This document shows, piece by piece, positions 1-8,847 of a DNA stretch of 64,000 nucleotides. This stretch comes from Actinomycetota bacterium (GTDB taxonomy: Bacteria > Actinomycetota > Acidimicrobiia > Actinomarinales > Actinomarinaceae). The DNA lies in NCBI GenBank assembly GCA_014239265.1, contig JAAZZH010000004.1:11078-75077 (forward strand). Direction: 5' to 3'. The translations under genes and the position numbers were made by a program. Position 1 is the first letter of the stretch; every line of letters begins with the position of its first letter. Under the pieces are notes generated by a model. The model had not been told where the DNA came from. It saw only the letters and a program-made list of their open reading frames with translations, and made no database searches.

Positions 1-1
1 T

Positions 2-1009
2 GCCAACAGAATTGGCATAGACTCAGAATTAGATCCCGTAATATCATTAACTCTTGGTGCCGGAGCTGTAACTCCAATTGAACTCGCTTCAGCATATTCA
101 TCATTTGCAAATAATGGATATTTAGCACCCACGTATTTAATTGATAAAATAATAGACTCTAATGGTCAGATACTCTATCAACACATATCATCCCAAAGAG
201 TAACTATTCCTGATCCTGGAGCTGCCGCGGCAGTAAGAAAGACTTTAGAAGTAGCAGCTCAGTTTGGTACAGGAACTAGAGCTGTACTTGATGACAGGCC
301 TATTGCTGGTAAAACTGGAACTCATCAAGGATTCAGAGAAGCTTGGTTCATTGGATTTATCCCTCAATACACTTCCTCAGTCTGGATTGGCTTTGCAGAA
401 GAACAGCTCCCACTTACAAATGTTGAAATTAATGGTGAAGTTGTATCAAGTGTTTCTGGAGGAAGAGTACCCGCACCTATTTGGAAAGAATTTATGGAGA
501 AAGTTGTTGAAGATTTACCAATTGAAGAGTGGCCAGCTGATCCAAGTGATATTGATAAATATTATGAAATTCCAACAATTGAAATACCTCAGTTACTAGG
601 ACTTAACATCATCGATGCTGAAGAAATTGCATTTTCTGGGTATATATTACCAACAATAAAGCTCATTGATTCTGAAGAGGCCCCAGGATTAGTTCTTACC
701 CAGAGTATTGAAAGTGGAGAAGAGATGCCTGAGGGTACAGAAGTTGTACTAGAAGTCTCTGGCACAAAGTTCACAGCTGCGATTCCAAATATTCCTCCTT
801 GTGCCTATACGAAAGATGAAGCAGAATTTTTAATCAAGGACTTTATGAGAGAAACAAGTGTAATCTTGTTCTTAAAAAATTCATTTGAAGAATCTGAAAT
901 ACCAGATTGTCAGGGCAAGGTTATTGGAACAAATGTAGCCCAAGGCGGAACAGTTTCTACAGGAGATAGCCTAATTTTGATTGTTGCTAACTCCCAGGAT
1001 GATTCCTAG
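2..1009 (+). CDS. Class A penicillin-binding protein, C-terminal part (transpeptidase domain plus two PASTA-like modules); 5' end outside window
   Basis: Frame +2 is open from nt 2. My translation reads ..LTLGAGAVTPIELASAYSSFANNGY..RPIAGKTGTHQGFREAWFIGF.. (KTG box of PBP transpeptidases). Two ~65-aa PASTA-like modules follow, ending ..VVLEVSG and ..LILIVAN. Track ORF 494..1009 is only the part after an internal Met. Confidence 0.8.
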   Translation, partial: ANRIGIDSELDPVISLTLGAGAVTPIELASAYSSFANNGYLAPTYLIDKIIDSNGQILYQHISSQRVTIPDPGAAAAVRKTLEVAAQFGTGTRAVLDDRPIAGKTGTHQGFREAWFIGFIPQYTSSVWIGFAEEQLPLTNVEINGEVVSSVSGGRVPAPIWKEFMEKVVEDLPIEEWPADPSDIDKYYEIPTIEIPQLLGLNIIDAEEIAFSGYILPTIKLIDSEEAPGLVLTQSIESGEEMPEGTEVVLEVSGTKFTAAIPNIPPCAYTKDEAEFLIKDFMRETSVILFLKNSFEESEIPDCQGKVIGTNVAQGGTVSTGDSLILIVANSQDDS

Positions 1010-2342
1010 CTAAATCTTTAAAGAATTCGAATAAAGTTAACACTGAAAATCCAGTTGCACCTTTTCTATTACTAGCTCTAGCTGGTCCAGCTATATCAAG
1101 GTGGACCCAATCTAAATCTTCCACAAAATTTTCAAGAAGAAGTGCTGCTGTTATAGCTCCTCCAAAGCGTCCACCAGTATTTTTCATGTCAGCAATATCA
1201 GATTCTATTAATTTCTTATATCCTTCATGCAGAGGCAGAGGATAAAATTCTTCTCCAGATGTTTCTGTAGACTTGATAAAAATATTTTCTATATCTTTAT
1301 TATTTGAAAAAATTGCACCAATATCTAAACCTAGCGCTACATAGGATGCACCAGTTAAAGTTGCTACATCACAGATTAAATCTGGTTTTTTTTCAGAGGC
1401 AAATGCAAGAGCGTCAGCCATAATTAATCGTCCTTCTGCATCGGTATTTAATACTTCAATTGTTTTCCCATTTCTTGCAGTTAAAACGTCGCCTGGTCTA
1501 ATAGCACTACCGCTAGGCATATTCTCTACAACTGGAGTGAAGACTGATAGGCCAATATCAATTTTGTGTTTTGAAATCAAACTCATTACTCCCCAAGCCG
1601 TAGCTGCCCCTGCCATATCTGTTTTCATTGTTTCCATTCCAGCTGGAGATTTTAGAGAAAGCCCACCTGAATCAAACATTACACCTTTCCCAATTAGTGC
1701 AATTTGAAAATCTGCTTCTTTGTTGTATTCACCCACTAAAAAGTACGGTTTTCTTTCAGATCCTTTAGCAACTCCGAGAACAGCTCCAAAACTATTTTCT
1801 TCAAGCCATTCTTCGTCATGAATTTCAAGATTTATTTCAGTATTTAAATTTTTTATATTTTCTATAAAAAATTCAGGAGTTTTGTCTAGAGGTGGCGTAT
1901 TAATCATATCCCTCACCCAAAATACTGCTTCTTTTTTTAACTTATTACTGTAAGTATCTAGGCTTTCAGAAAAATTGAGCTCGATACTGTCTTTTGTTTT
2001 CTTTGTTTTATAAGAGTCAAAGTTATACTCTGAAAACATCATCCCCTGAATTAAAAGTTCTTTGTTTCCCTCAAAATTAATAATGTCAATTGTCACACTA
2101 CTTTGTATTTTTTTTCCAATTAAATACCCCAACTCTAAGAGATCAGTATTTTCAATATCCTCAGAAGAGACAAGGACCGTTTCATTTCCTCTTGAAGATA
2201 AAGATGGTGGCATCAAAAGGACTTCCTTTGAGTTTCCCTCAAAGCCGTGAGTTGTTATATACTCGCTGAATGTTTTTGAATCGACTATGAATTCATCTTT
2301 GTTTTCAAATTTTTTATTAAAAAATAATATATCCATTTTCAT
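987..2342 (-). CDS. pepA: Leucyl aminopeptidase, M17 family
   Basis: 451-aa ORF with the M17 signature NTDAEGRLIMADAL and the GKGVMFDSGG metal/substrate block. Confidence 0.9.
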   Translation of the reverse strand: MKMDILFFNKKFENKDEFIVDSKTFSEYITTHGFEGNSKEVLLMPPSLSSRGNETVLVSSEDIENTDLLELGYLIGKKIQSSVTIDIINFEGNKELLIQGMMFSEYNFDSYKTKKTKDSIELNFSESLDTYSNKLKKEAVFWVRDMINTPPLDKTPEFFIENIKNLNTEINLEIHDEEWLEENSFGAVLGVAKGSERKPYFLVGEYNKEADFQIALIGKGVMFDSGGLSLKSPAGMETMKTDMAGAATAWGVMSLISKHKIDIGLSVFTPVVENMPSGSAIRPGDVLTARNGKTIEVLNTDAEGRLIMADALAFASEKKPDLICDVATLTGASYVALGLDIGAIFSNNKDIENIFIKSTETSGEEFYPLPLHEGYKKLIESDIADMKNTGGRFGGAITAALLLENFVEDLDWVHLDIAGPARASNRKGATGFSVLTLFEFFKDLARNHPGS

Positions 2343-2885
2343 TTAATTACTCGGTGTCCAATCTTTTTCAAAATCTCTTGCAAGCATCCATAAATAGTCT
2401 GAAAGTCTGTTCAAGTATTTTATAGCTATGGAGTCTTCCATTTCGTAAGCCTTTTGCCAAGTTACACATCTTCTTTCAGCCCTCCTTGAGACTACTCGTG
2501 CCCAATCTATTTTTGATGAGATTGTATTTTCACCGGGAACAACAAAAAAATCAGGGATTCCATTTTTTTCCTCTAAGATATCAATTTTTTTTTCAAGATT
2601 TGTAATCATAATTTCTTCTACAAGGGTTTTACCTGCTTGTAGTTTATCTCTATTCTCTTTTGACGTTGCTATTTCTGCTCCAACAATAAATAACTCTCTT
2701 TGAATCTGTAATATTATTTCTTTAGTTTCGAGTGGTAAATCTTTTTCAGCTCTAATAATTCCAAGGGAGGCAACAAGCTCATCAACAGTACCGACTGCTT
2801 CAGGTTCAAAATTATCTTTGGATACCGAACCACCATAAAGAAGATTTGTATTCCCCTTATCTCCGTTTTTTGTATAGATTTTCAT
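2343..2885 (-). CDS. ATP:cob(I)alamin adenosyltransferase, PduO/MMAB type
   Basis: N-terminus MKIYTKNGDKGNTNLLYGG is typical of PduO-type adenosyltransferases. Length is 180 aa and it abuts the pepA start. Confidence 0.8.
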   Translation of the reverse strand: MKIYTKNGDKGNTNLLYGGSVSKDNFEPEAVGTVDELVASLGIIRAEKDLPLETKEIILQIQRELFIVGAEIATSKENRDKLQAGKTLVEEIMITNLEKKIDILEEKNGIPDFFVVPGENTISSKIDWARVVSRRAERRCVTWQKAYEMEDSIAIKYLNRLSDYLWMLARDFEKDWTPSN

Positions 2886-2900
2886 ATAATCAGCATAGTG

Positions 2901-3542
2901 CTACGGCAAAAGTATAAGAGTGCCTGTACCTCCAAGTGAGACTAGAAGTGAAAGATAACTTAGACCTGTTGCAGCCATGACTCCCGTGTATGATTTTTCA
3001 TTTAATGATTTTAAGGAGCCTAATGAAAGTATTCCCGATGATACATATAGACCAAGAATAATATTTCTATAGAAAATTGATAATTCTTCTGAAGCGAATC
3101 CCATTAAAAGTAATAGGCAAAGAACAACCGCTATGAATATTGATGATCTGGCTATATTTTTCATACCAATTCTGGTAATTGTTGGATCGACTAAAAACCA
3201 GTGACCAATCATCATTAATGAGAAGATGCCACTGACAAGTGTTATAGGTAAAATAGTCCAAATTAAGTTTTCTATACCTGTATTAAATGCACTTGTGATT
3301 AAAACTATAAAGCTAGTAAAAAAAGAGAGGTGGTTTAAATTATTGTTATTGTGTAGTAAAACTGATCCAAGCACTGCAAAGCCAGCCAGTACAAAAAGAT
3401 TAAAATTTATAAATAAAATTACAGAAATTACCCCGGTGAATAGTATGCTGAAGCCTTTTTTAGGGTTAGTTGAATATCTGATGTACCAGAAATAAGGAAT
3501 ACTCAATATTAAAACAAGATAGATAAATGTGCTCAAATTCAT
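2901..3542 (-). CDS. Hypothetical polytopic membrane protein
   Basis: 213-aa ORF with about 6 hydrophobic segments. No recognisable motif. Confidence 0.5.
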   Translation of the reverse strand: MNLSTFIYLVLILSIPYFWYIRYSTNPKKGFSILFTGVISVILFINFNLFVLAGFAVLGSVLLHNNNNLNHLSFFTSFIVLITSAFNTGIENLIWTILPITLVSGIFSLMMIGHWFLVDPTITRIGMKNIARSSIFIAVVLCLLLLMGFASEELSIFYRNIILGLYVSSGILSLGSLKSLNEKSYTGVMAATGLSYLSLLVSLGGTGTLILLP

Positions 3543-3565
3543 ACTCCTTTTACAATAATGTATAT

Positions 3566-3904
3566 ATGGCTAATGAAAAAAATAAAATAGACATATTTAT
3601 ATCTTTGCTTTTAGGTTTTGGAATACTTTTAGTAACTGGATGGAGTAAATTAGACATAATATTAAGTAAAAATCTTGTAATTTCACTTCTGATTTTCACC
3701 TCATTATCATTCTTTTCTCTAAAGGCTTATTCTTCATATAAATACCTTTCCATCCTTATGTTTTTAAGTATTTTTCTTCTATCTCCACAAGTTTTTACAA
3801 GCAGGCAAGGAGAGTTATTTCCTGTTACGTATATAGTATTTATGATTTATTTCTCATTGGTTCTTGGAAAGTATATGTATAAAAAATGGAAAAGTTCTCT
3901 CTAA
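3566..3904 (+). CDS. Hypothetical small membrane protein
   Basis: Track ORF 3527..3904. I prefer the internal ATG (MANEKNK..) because the upstream part overlaps the divergent gene. About 4 hydrophobic segments. Confidence 0.4.
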   Translation: MANEKNKIDIFISLLLGFGILLVTGWSKLDIILSKNLVISLLIFTSLSFFSLKAYSSYKYLSILMFLSIFLLSPQVFTSRQGELFPVTYIVFMIYFSLVLGKYMYKKWKSSL

Positions 3905-3941
3905 GCGATACAATTGCTCTAGGGTTACCTAAAATAGAATC

Positions 3942-6908
3942 ATGATTCAGGGCATAATCAAAAAAATATCTTTAATTGGAGCATTAGCTTTCATGTTTTT
4001 CCTCATGGGGCAAAATACTGCCTCAGCCCAAATCCTACCCATTCCAAACCACTCTTTCAGCTGTGCTTCGAATGCAGTTGCACCATTAAAGTCAATACAA
4101 GATATACAGACTTATTTAGACTGTAATGGTTTTAATCCTGGACCAATTGATGGAGATTTTGGAAATAGAACTACCTCAGCTATTAAAGCATTTCAAGCTG
4201 CATCGGGTCTAGTTCCTGATGGTGTTGTTGGTCCTGCGACAAAACAAGCAATGCGCTCCTACTCTGAAGAGTCTTTTACTTTTACAGGAAGCGGTTGGGG
4301 TCATGGAGTTGGATTAAGTCAGTACGGAGCGAAAGGTCTAACAGAACTAGGAGCATCTTTTTGTACTAATACAAGCTCATGTACTTCAGATGAGGTAGTT
4401 AATTACTACTTTAAAGACACTGTAGACAAACAACTTTCTGAACTTTCATTATCCTCTCCAGAAATTGCAACTGATAAGTCAGCACTTTGGGTTGGTTTAG
4501 CAAGAAATGCAAAAAATATTTCTCTAACTACTTTGCCATCTTCAAGCCCTCCAACATTATTCATATGTCAAGAAGGTCTTTCTCAAACTGCCGGTGTACA
4601 GGGATTTTTAGCCTCTAGAGGCTACGAGCCAGGACCTGTAGACGGTGCTTATGGTGATAAAACTGCAAATGCCCTCAGAAACTATCAAGCCTCTAAGGGT
4701 ATAAACCAATCGGGTGCGATAGACGATGAAACTATAGCCGCTATTAAAGGTGATGCTGCCGGTGATGGTCCGTGTGAATCTGTTTGGGGTCCCATAAAAA
4801 TTGGTGGTGGTGCAACAATCTCAGTAATTAACTCAGGTAATGGTTGTTATTTTTCCGGCCATCCATTAGTTTCGAAACAAGCTGCGAGTTGTAATGTAAC
4901 GATTAAATGGTCAGAAGGTGGAAGAATAAGAGTTGGCCCTAGAGAGCATAAGCATGGTGAGCTAAAGCTTAGATCTAAATCAGTTTCAACAGGTTTTCAT
5001 GTCGTTCTTGCAGTAAATTTAGAAAAGTATTTATATGGACTGGCTGAAATGCCATCTCATTGGAATGTAAAAGCACTGGAAGCTCAGGCACTAGTTGGTC
5101 GAAGTTATGCAGTGTTTCATTACTTAGATGAGAATATCCCAAGTCAACAAACTGTTTACGATGCTGGATTATCTGAGAAACAAAAAGCATACTGTTGGTG
5201 TCATATTGGTTCTACTGCATCGAGTCAATATTACTATGGTTACTTAAAAGAAATTGCAGGTCCAAATTGGGTTCAAGCTGTAAATAATACATCCGGAAAA
5301 GTGATTACCTATGGTGGTGGATATACAAGAAGCGGAGTGATACAGGCTTTTTACTCATCCTCAACAGGAGGTAAAACTAATGATAATGCAGTAGGATTTG
5401 GATCTTCAACAGTGTGGCCATATCTTCAAACTGTAGATGATCCTTGGTCAATCGATAATAGAGTGGGTAACCCAAAAGCAGCTTGGTCATATGATTTCAG
5501 TACCTATCAGCTCTCTAAAAATATTTTATGTGGAGATACACCTTGTTTTGATGCTATTACAGATATTTATGTTTCGGGTGCTGCAACTTCAGGTGCTGCA
5601 ACTGAGGTAACAATGAAAGGCTATAAAAATGGAACAGCAAAGACTGTAAAGAAATCTGGTAGAAATATAAAATCTCAATTAGGTTTTACTTCCCATTATT
5701 TTAAAACTTCAAGTGCTTCAGATGTTTCAACTCTAAGTGTTGGTCCAGTAACAGCTAACTCAACTTCTACATCCAGCAGCTCCAGTGGTGGAAGTGTTGT
5801 TTCTTCATCTGGAGATACTGCACAATATGCTACCTCGAGCAGTGGTCTTCTCTATTTAAGTAAAGCTGGATTACTTGACAAATGCACTCAAAGTTCTACC
5901 GCTTGCCAGAATAAAACTATTACAAGAGAAGAGGCAGCTGCAGTTGTTGCTGTTACCGGAGGCATACCTCTAGATGCTCCAAATGCTTACAGTGATGATG
6001 ATCAAAGTATTTATCAACAAGCTATCAATGGCATGCCTTATTACGGTATGCAAGTTTGTTTTGGAAGCCCTTTTCAGTATTTACCAAAAGAGTCTGTAAC
6101 TAGAGATGAATTCGCCTGTATGCTGACTAAAGCTATAAATGCAGGTACAGCTACCAATCTAACAGGTAGTTCTGATCCATATTCGGATGAAGGTGCAAGT
6201 AAGTGGACATCTAGTATTTATACTTTGGCAGCTAATGAGATTATTCCAGCATGTAGTTCCTTAGGTGATAAGTTTTGTCCGAGTAGAAAAACATCTATTG
6301 GTGAAGTTTCATTTATGATTAATAAACTTGTATCTACATCTTTAATAAGTTCTGATGTGTACAATCAAACACCCTTCCAAAGTGGTTGGGAACCAATCGG
6401 AGGTGAGGTTAATCCAGCAGCCCAAACAGCTGTATCGAATCCAAATGAGGGAAATGATGATTGTGTTGCCAAAGACAACTCAAATGTTAAATTAAGCAAC
6501 ACACTCGAAATTCAAAAGTTTTTAACAAGCAATGGTTTTAAACCAGGACCAATTGATGGACAATCTGGACCACAAACGGTGGCTGCTATAAAAGCTTTTC
6601 AAATAATAAACGGTCTATTAGCAGATGGAATTGTCGGCAATAAAACAAAAGCGTCCATGAGAAGTTACACAGGATGTGTAACTAACACCTGTAATGCTCG
6701 TGATAATCGAGATGCAAACCTTAACTCTGTTGAGGGGATTCAGACCTATCTATCAAATAATGGATTTAATCCAGGTATTATTGATGGAGAAATGGGTTCT
6801 TATACAAAAGAAGCGATAAAAGCATTTCAAAGAAAAGTTGGTCTTATTCCCGATGGAGTTGCGGGAGCTAGAACTAAATCAGAGATGAAAAAATATACAG
6901 GTTGTTAA
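3942..6908 (+). CDS. Secreted cell-wall protein: PG_binding_1 x2 + SpoIID/LytB-like domain + three SLH-like segments + PG_binding_1 x2
   Basis: Signal peptide ends ..GQNTASAQ. SpoIID-type motifs are GWGHGVGLSQYGAKG, ALEAQALVGRSYAV and FYSSSTGGKTN. PG_binding_1 repeats have the form ..NGF.PGPIDG..G..T..AIKAFQ...GL..DG..G..T. SLH-like segments contain ..TREEAAAVV, ..TRDEFACML and ..SIGEVSFMI. Confidence 0.75.
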   Translation: MIQGIIKKISLIGALAFMFFLMGQNTASAQILPIPNHSFSCASNAVAPLKSIQDIQTYLDCNGFNPGPIDGDFGNRTTSAIKAFQAASGLVPDGVVGPATKQAMRSYSEESFTFTGSGWGHGVGLSQYGAKGLTELGASFCTNTSSCTSDEVVNYYFKDTVDKQLSELSLSSPEIATDKSALWVGLARNAKNISLTTLPSSSPPTLFICQEGLSQTAGVQGFLASRGYEPGPVDGAYGDKTANALRNYQASKGINQSGAIDDETIAAIKGDAAGDGPCESVWGPIKIGGGATISVINSGNGCYFSGHPLVSKQAASCNVTIKWSEGGRIRVGPREHKHGELKLRSKSVSTGFHVVLAVNLEKYLYGLAEMPSHWNVKALEAQALVGRSYAVFHYLDENIPSQQTVYDAGLSEKQKAYCWCHIGSTASSQYYYGYLKEIAGPNWVQAVNNTSGKVITYGGGYTRSGVIQAFYSSSTGGKTNDNAVGFGSSTVWPYLQTVDDPWSIDNRVGNPKAAWSYDFSTYQLSKNILCGDTPCFDAITDIYVSGAATSGAATEVTMKGYKNGTAKTVKKSGRNIKSQLGFTSHYFKTSSASDVSTLSVGPVTANSTSTSSSSSGGSVVSSSGDTAQYATSSSGLLYLSKAGLLDKCTQSSTACQNKTITREEAAAVVAVTGGIPLDAPNAYSDDDQSIYQQAINGMPYYGMQVCFGSPFQYLPKESVTRDEFACMLTKAINAGTATNLTGSSDPYSDEGASKWTSSIYTLAANEIIPACSSLGDKFCPSRKTSIGEVSFMINKLVSTSLISSDVYNQTPFQSGWEPIGGEVNPAAQTAVSNPNEGNDDCVAKDNSNVKLSNTLEIQKFLTSNGFKPGPIDGQSGPQTVAAIKAFQIINGLLADGIVGNKTKASMRSYTGCVTNTCNARDNRDANLNSVEGIQTYLSNNGFNPGIIDGEMGSYTKEAIKAFQRKVGLIPDGVAGARTKSEMKKYTGC
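6462..6905 (+). repeat. Tandem pair of ~71-77-aa Cys-bracketed peptidoglycan-binding modules (protein-level repeat) at the C-terminus of the wall protein
   Basis: Residues 841-911 and 912-988 both start with Cys and end ..SYTG(C) / ..KYTGC. They share NGF.PG.IDG..G..T.AAIKAFQ. A closely related copy sits near the N-terminus. Confidence 0.7.
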
Positions 6909-8827
6909 TTTAGAAACTTTTTAATTTCATCACCGATATGTTGTGCCGTAAAATTAAATTTCTCTTGTAAGTTTTTAATTGGCGCTGATATTCCAAATTG
7001 ATCAATACTAAACACTTTTGTTATGTCTCCTAAATATGTTTCCCAGCCAATAGATCTTCCAAGTTCAATGGTAAAATTTAAATTACTAACTTTGAGATTA
7101 TCAATGATTTCAGGTTCAGCTTTTTCTAATTTATTTAAAATTGGAGTACTCACAATTCTTACGGATGTATCTTTGAGGTATTCCCTCACATTAAATGCTA
7201 ATTCTAATTCTGATCCTGAAGCAAATATTGTGATTTCTGTTCCATCCGCAACTACTGATGCGCCGTTTGTAAATTCTTCGTAATCATTTTCAAATTTTAG
7301 GTACTCAAGATTCTGTCTTGTTAGAACGATAGCCTTTGGATTACCCGATTTTGTAAATGCATATCTATAGGCATGCTCAACTTCAATACTGTTAGATGGA
7401 CGTATAACATCTAAATTGGGTATTAATCTTAAGGCCATTAGGTGTTCTATTGGTTGATGTGTGGGACCATCTTCACCCAGATATATTGAGTCATGTGTAA
7501 AAATGTATACTGAATCAATATCCATCAGAGCTGCAAGTCGTATGCTTGGCCTCATGTAGTCAGAGAAAACTAGAAAAGTTGACCCATAGCCCATTAAATG
7601 ACTGTGTAGTGTGATTCCATTCACTATTGCACCCATGGCGTGCTCTCTTATTCCGTACTCTAAATTTCTGCCAGAGAAATCAGATGCGGAGAATGCAGAA
7701 TCACCAATGATCTGTTTGGTTGAAGCTGTTAGATCTGCAGATCCACCAAGAATATTATTAGTGTGTTTTCCAATTTCATTTAATATATTTGATCCTGCAA
7801 TACGTGTGGCCTGTGTTGATTTTTCATAATTAAAATCTATAGACATCTCATTAGATATTAGTAAATCCCAATTCTGCATAAAGGTTGCATCACTTTTGTA
7901 TTTTTCCTGGAATAATTTTTCCCAATCACTGTATGCATGATTGTCTTCATCTCTCTTCTCAGCAAAATACTCATAAACATCTGAATCATGCTCAAATAAA
8001 TCTCCTTGCCATTTCAAATTTTTCTTAAATTCTTCCATCTCTTCAGCTCCAAGCGGTGATCCATGAATTCCACTTGTATCTTGTTTGTTTGGTGCAAATT
8101 TACCAATGATTGATTTAGCCATGATTATTGAGGGTTTATCTATAATTAACTTCGCATCCTCTAGAGCTGTAGTAATCTCATCTTCGTTATGTGCATCGAC
8201 TTCAATAACATGCCATCCAATTGCCTCAAATTTCTTTTTTTGATTAGTGGTTGATACTTTCGACACCCTTCCGTCAATTGAAATATTATTATTGTCAAAC
8301 ACATAAATTAACTTACCGAGTTTCCAAACTGCGGCTAGTTCAGCAGCCTCAAAAGAGATTCCTTCCATCAAATCACCATCAGAAACTATCCCATAAGTAA
8401 AATGATCGACGATGTCTTTTCCTAAAAGTTCTGAAAGGTATCTTTCAGCAACTGCAAAACCAACTCCTGTTGAAAACCCCTGACCCAAAGGACCTGTTGT
8501 CATATCTATACCTACAGATAAATCAAATTCTGGATGCCCAGGTGTTTTTGAGGCATATTGTCGAAAATTCTTTAAGTCTTCTTTCGTTAAATCAAATCCA
8601 TTTAAATGAAGTAAAGAATAAAGTAGCATTGATCCATGACCGGGACTCAAGATAAACCGATCTCTATTTATCCAAGAGGGATTTTCATTTGAAACTTTTA
8701 AAAACTTTTTATAAAGGACTGTTCCAACGTCAGCCATTCCTAATGGCATTCCGGGATGGCCAGATGCCGCTTCCTCAACACCTGCAGCTGCAAGAATTCT
8801 CAATGAGGTTGTGACTTTATCGAACAT
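6905..8827 (-). CDS. tkt: Transketolase
   Basis: 640 aa. N-terminal ASGHPGMPLGMADV ThDP motif, GDGDLMEG-like block (SDGDLMEGIS) and GEDGPTHQPIEH transketolase signature. Confidence 0.95.
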   Translation of the reverse strand: MFDKVTTSLRILAAAGVEEAASGHPGMPLGMADVGTVLYKKFLKVSNENPSWINRDRFILSPGHGSMLLYSLLHLNGFDLTKEDLKNFRQYASKTPGHPEFDLSVGIDMTTGPLGQGFSTGVGFAVAERYLSELLGKDIVDHFTYGIVSDGDLMEGISFEAAELAAVWKLGKLIYVFDNNNISIDGRVSKVSTTNQKKKFEAIGWHVIEVDAHNEDEITTALEDAKLIIDKPSIIMAKSIIGKFAPNKQDTSGIHGSPLGAEEMEEFKKNLKWQGDLFEHDSDVYEYFAEKRDEDNHAYSDWEKLFQEKYKSDATFMQNWDLLISNEMSIDFNYEKSTQATRIAGSNILNEIGKHTNNILGGSADLTASTKQIIGDSAFSASDFSGRNLEYGIREHAMGAIVNGITLHSHLMGYGSTFLVFSDYMRPSIRLAALMDIDSVYIFTHDSIYLGEDGPTHQPIEHLMALRLIPNLDVIRPSNSIEVEHAYRYAFTKSGNPKAIVLTRQNLEYLKFENDYEEFTNGASVVADGTEITIFASGSELELAFNVREYLKDTSVRIVSTPILNKLEKAEPEIIDNLKVSNLNFTIELGRSIGWETYLGDITKVFSIDQFGISAPIKNLQEKFNFTAQHIGDEIKKFLN

Positions 8828-8847
8828 TTTAATAGTATAGGTCCTAG

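Noticed and set aside
264-599. Track ORF of 111 aa on the + strand
   Set aside because: It is out of frame within the PBP coding region, whose frame +2 is open from nt 2 and carries the KTG transpeptidase box. Its composition is low-complexity Leu/Lys.
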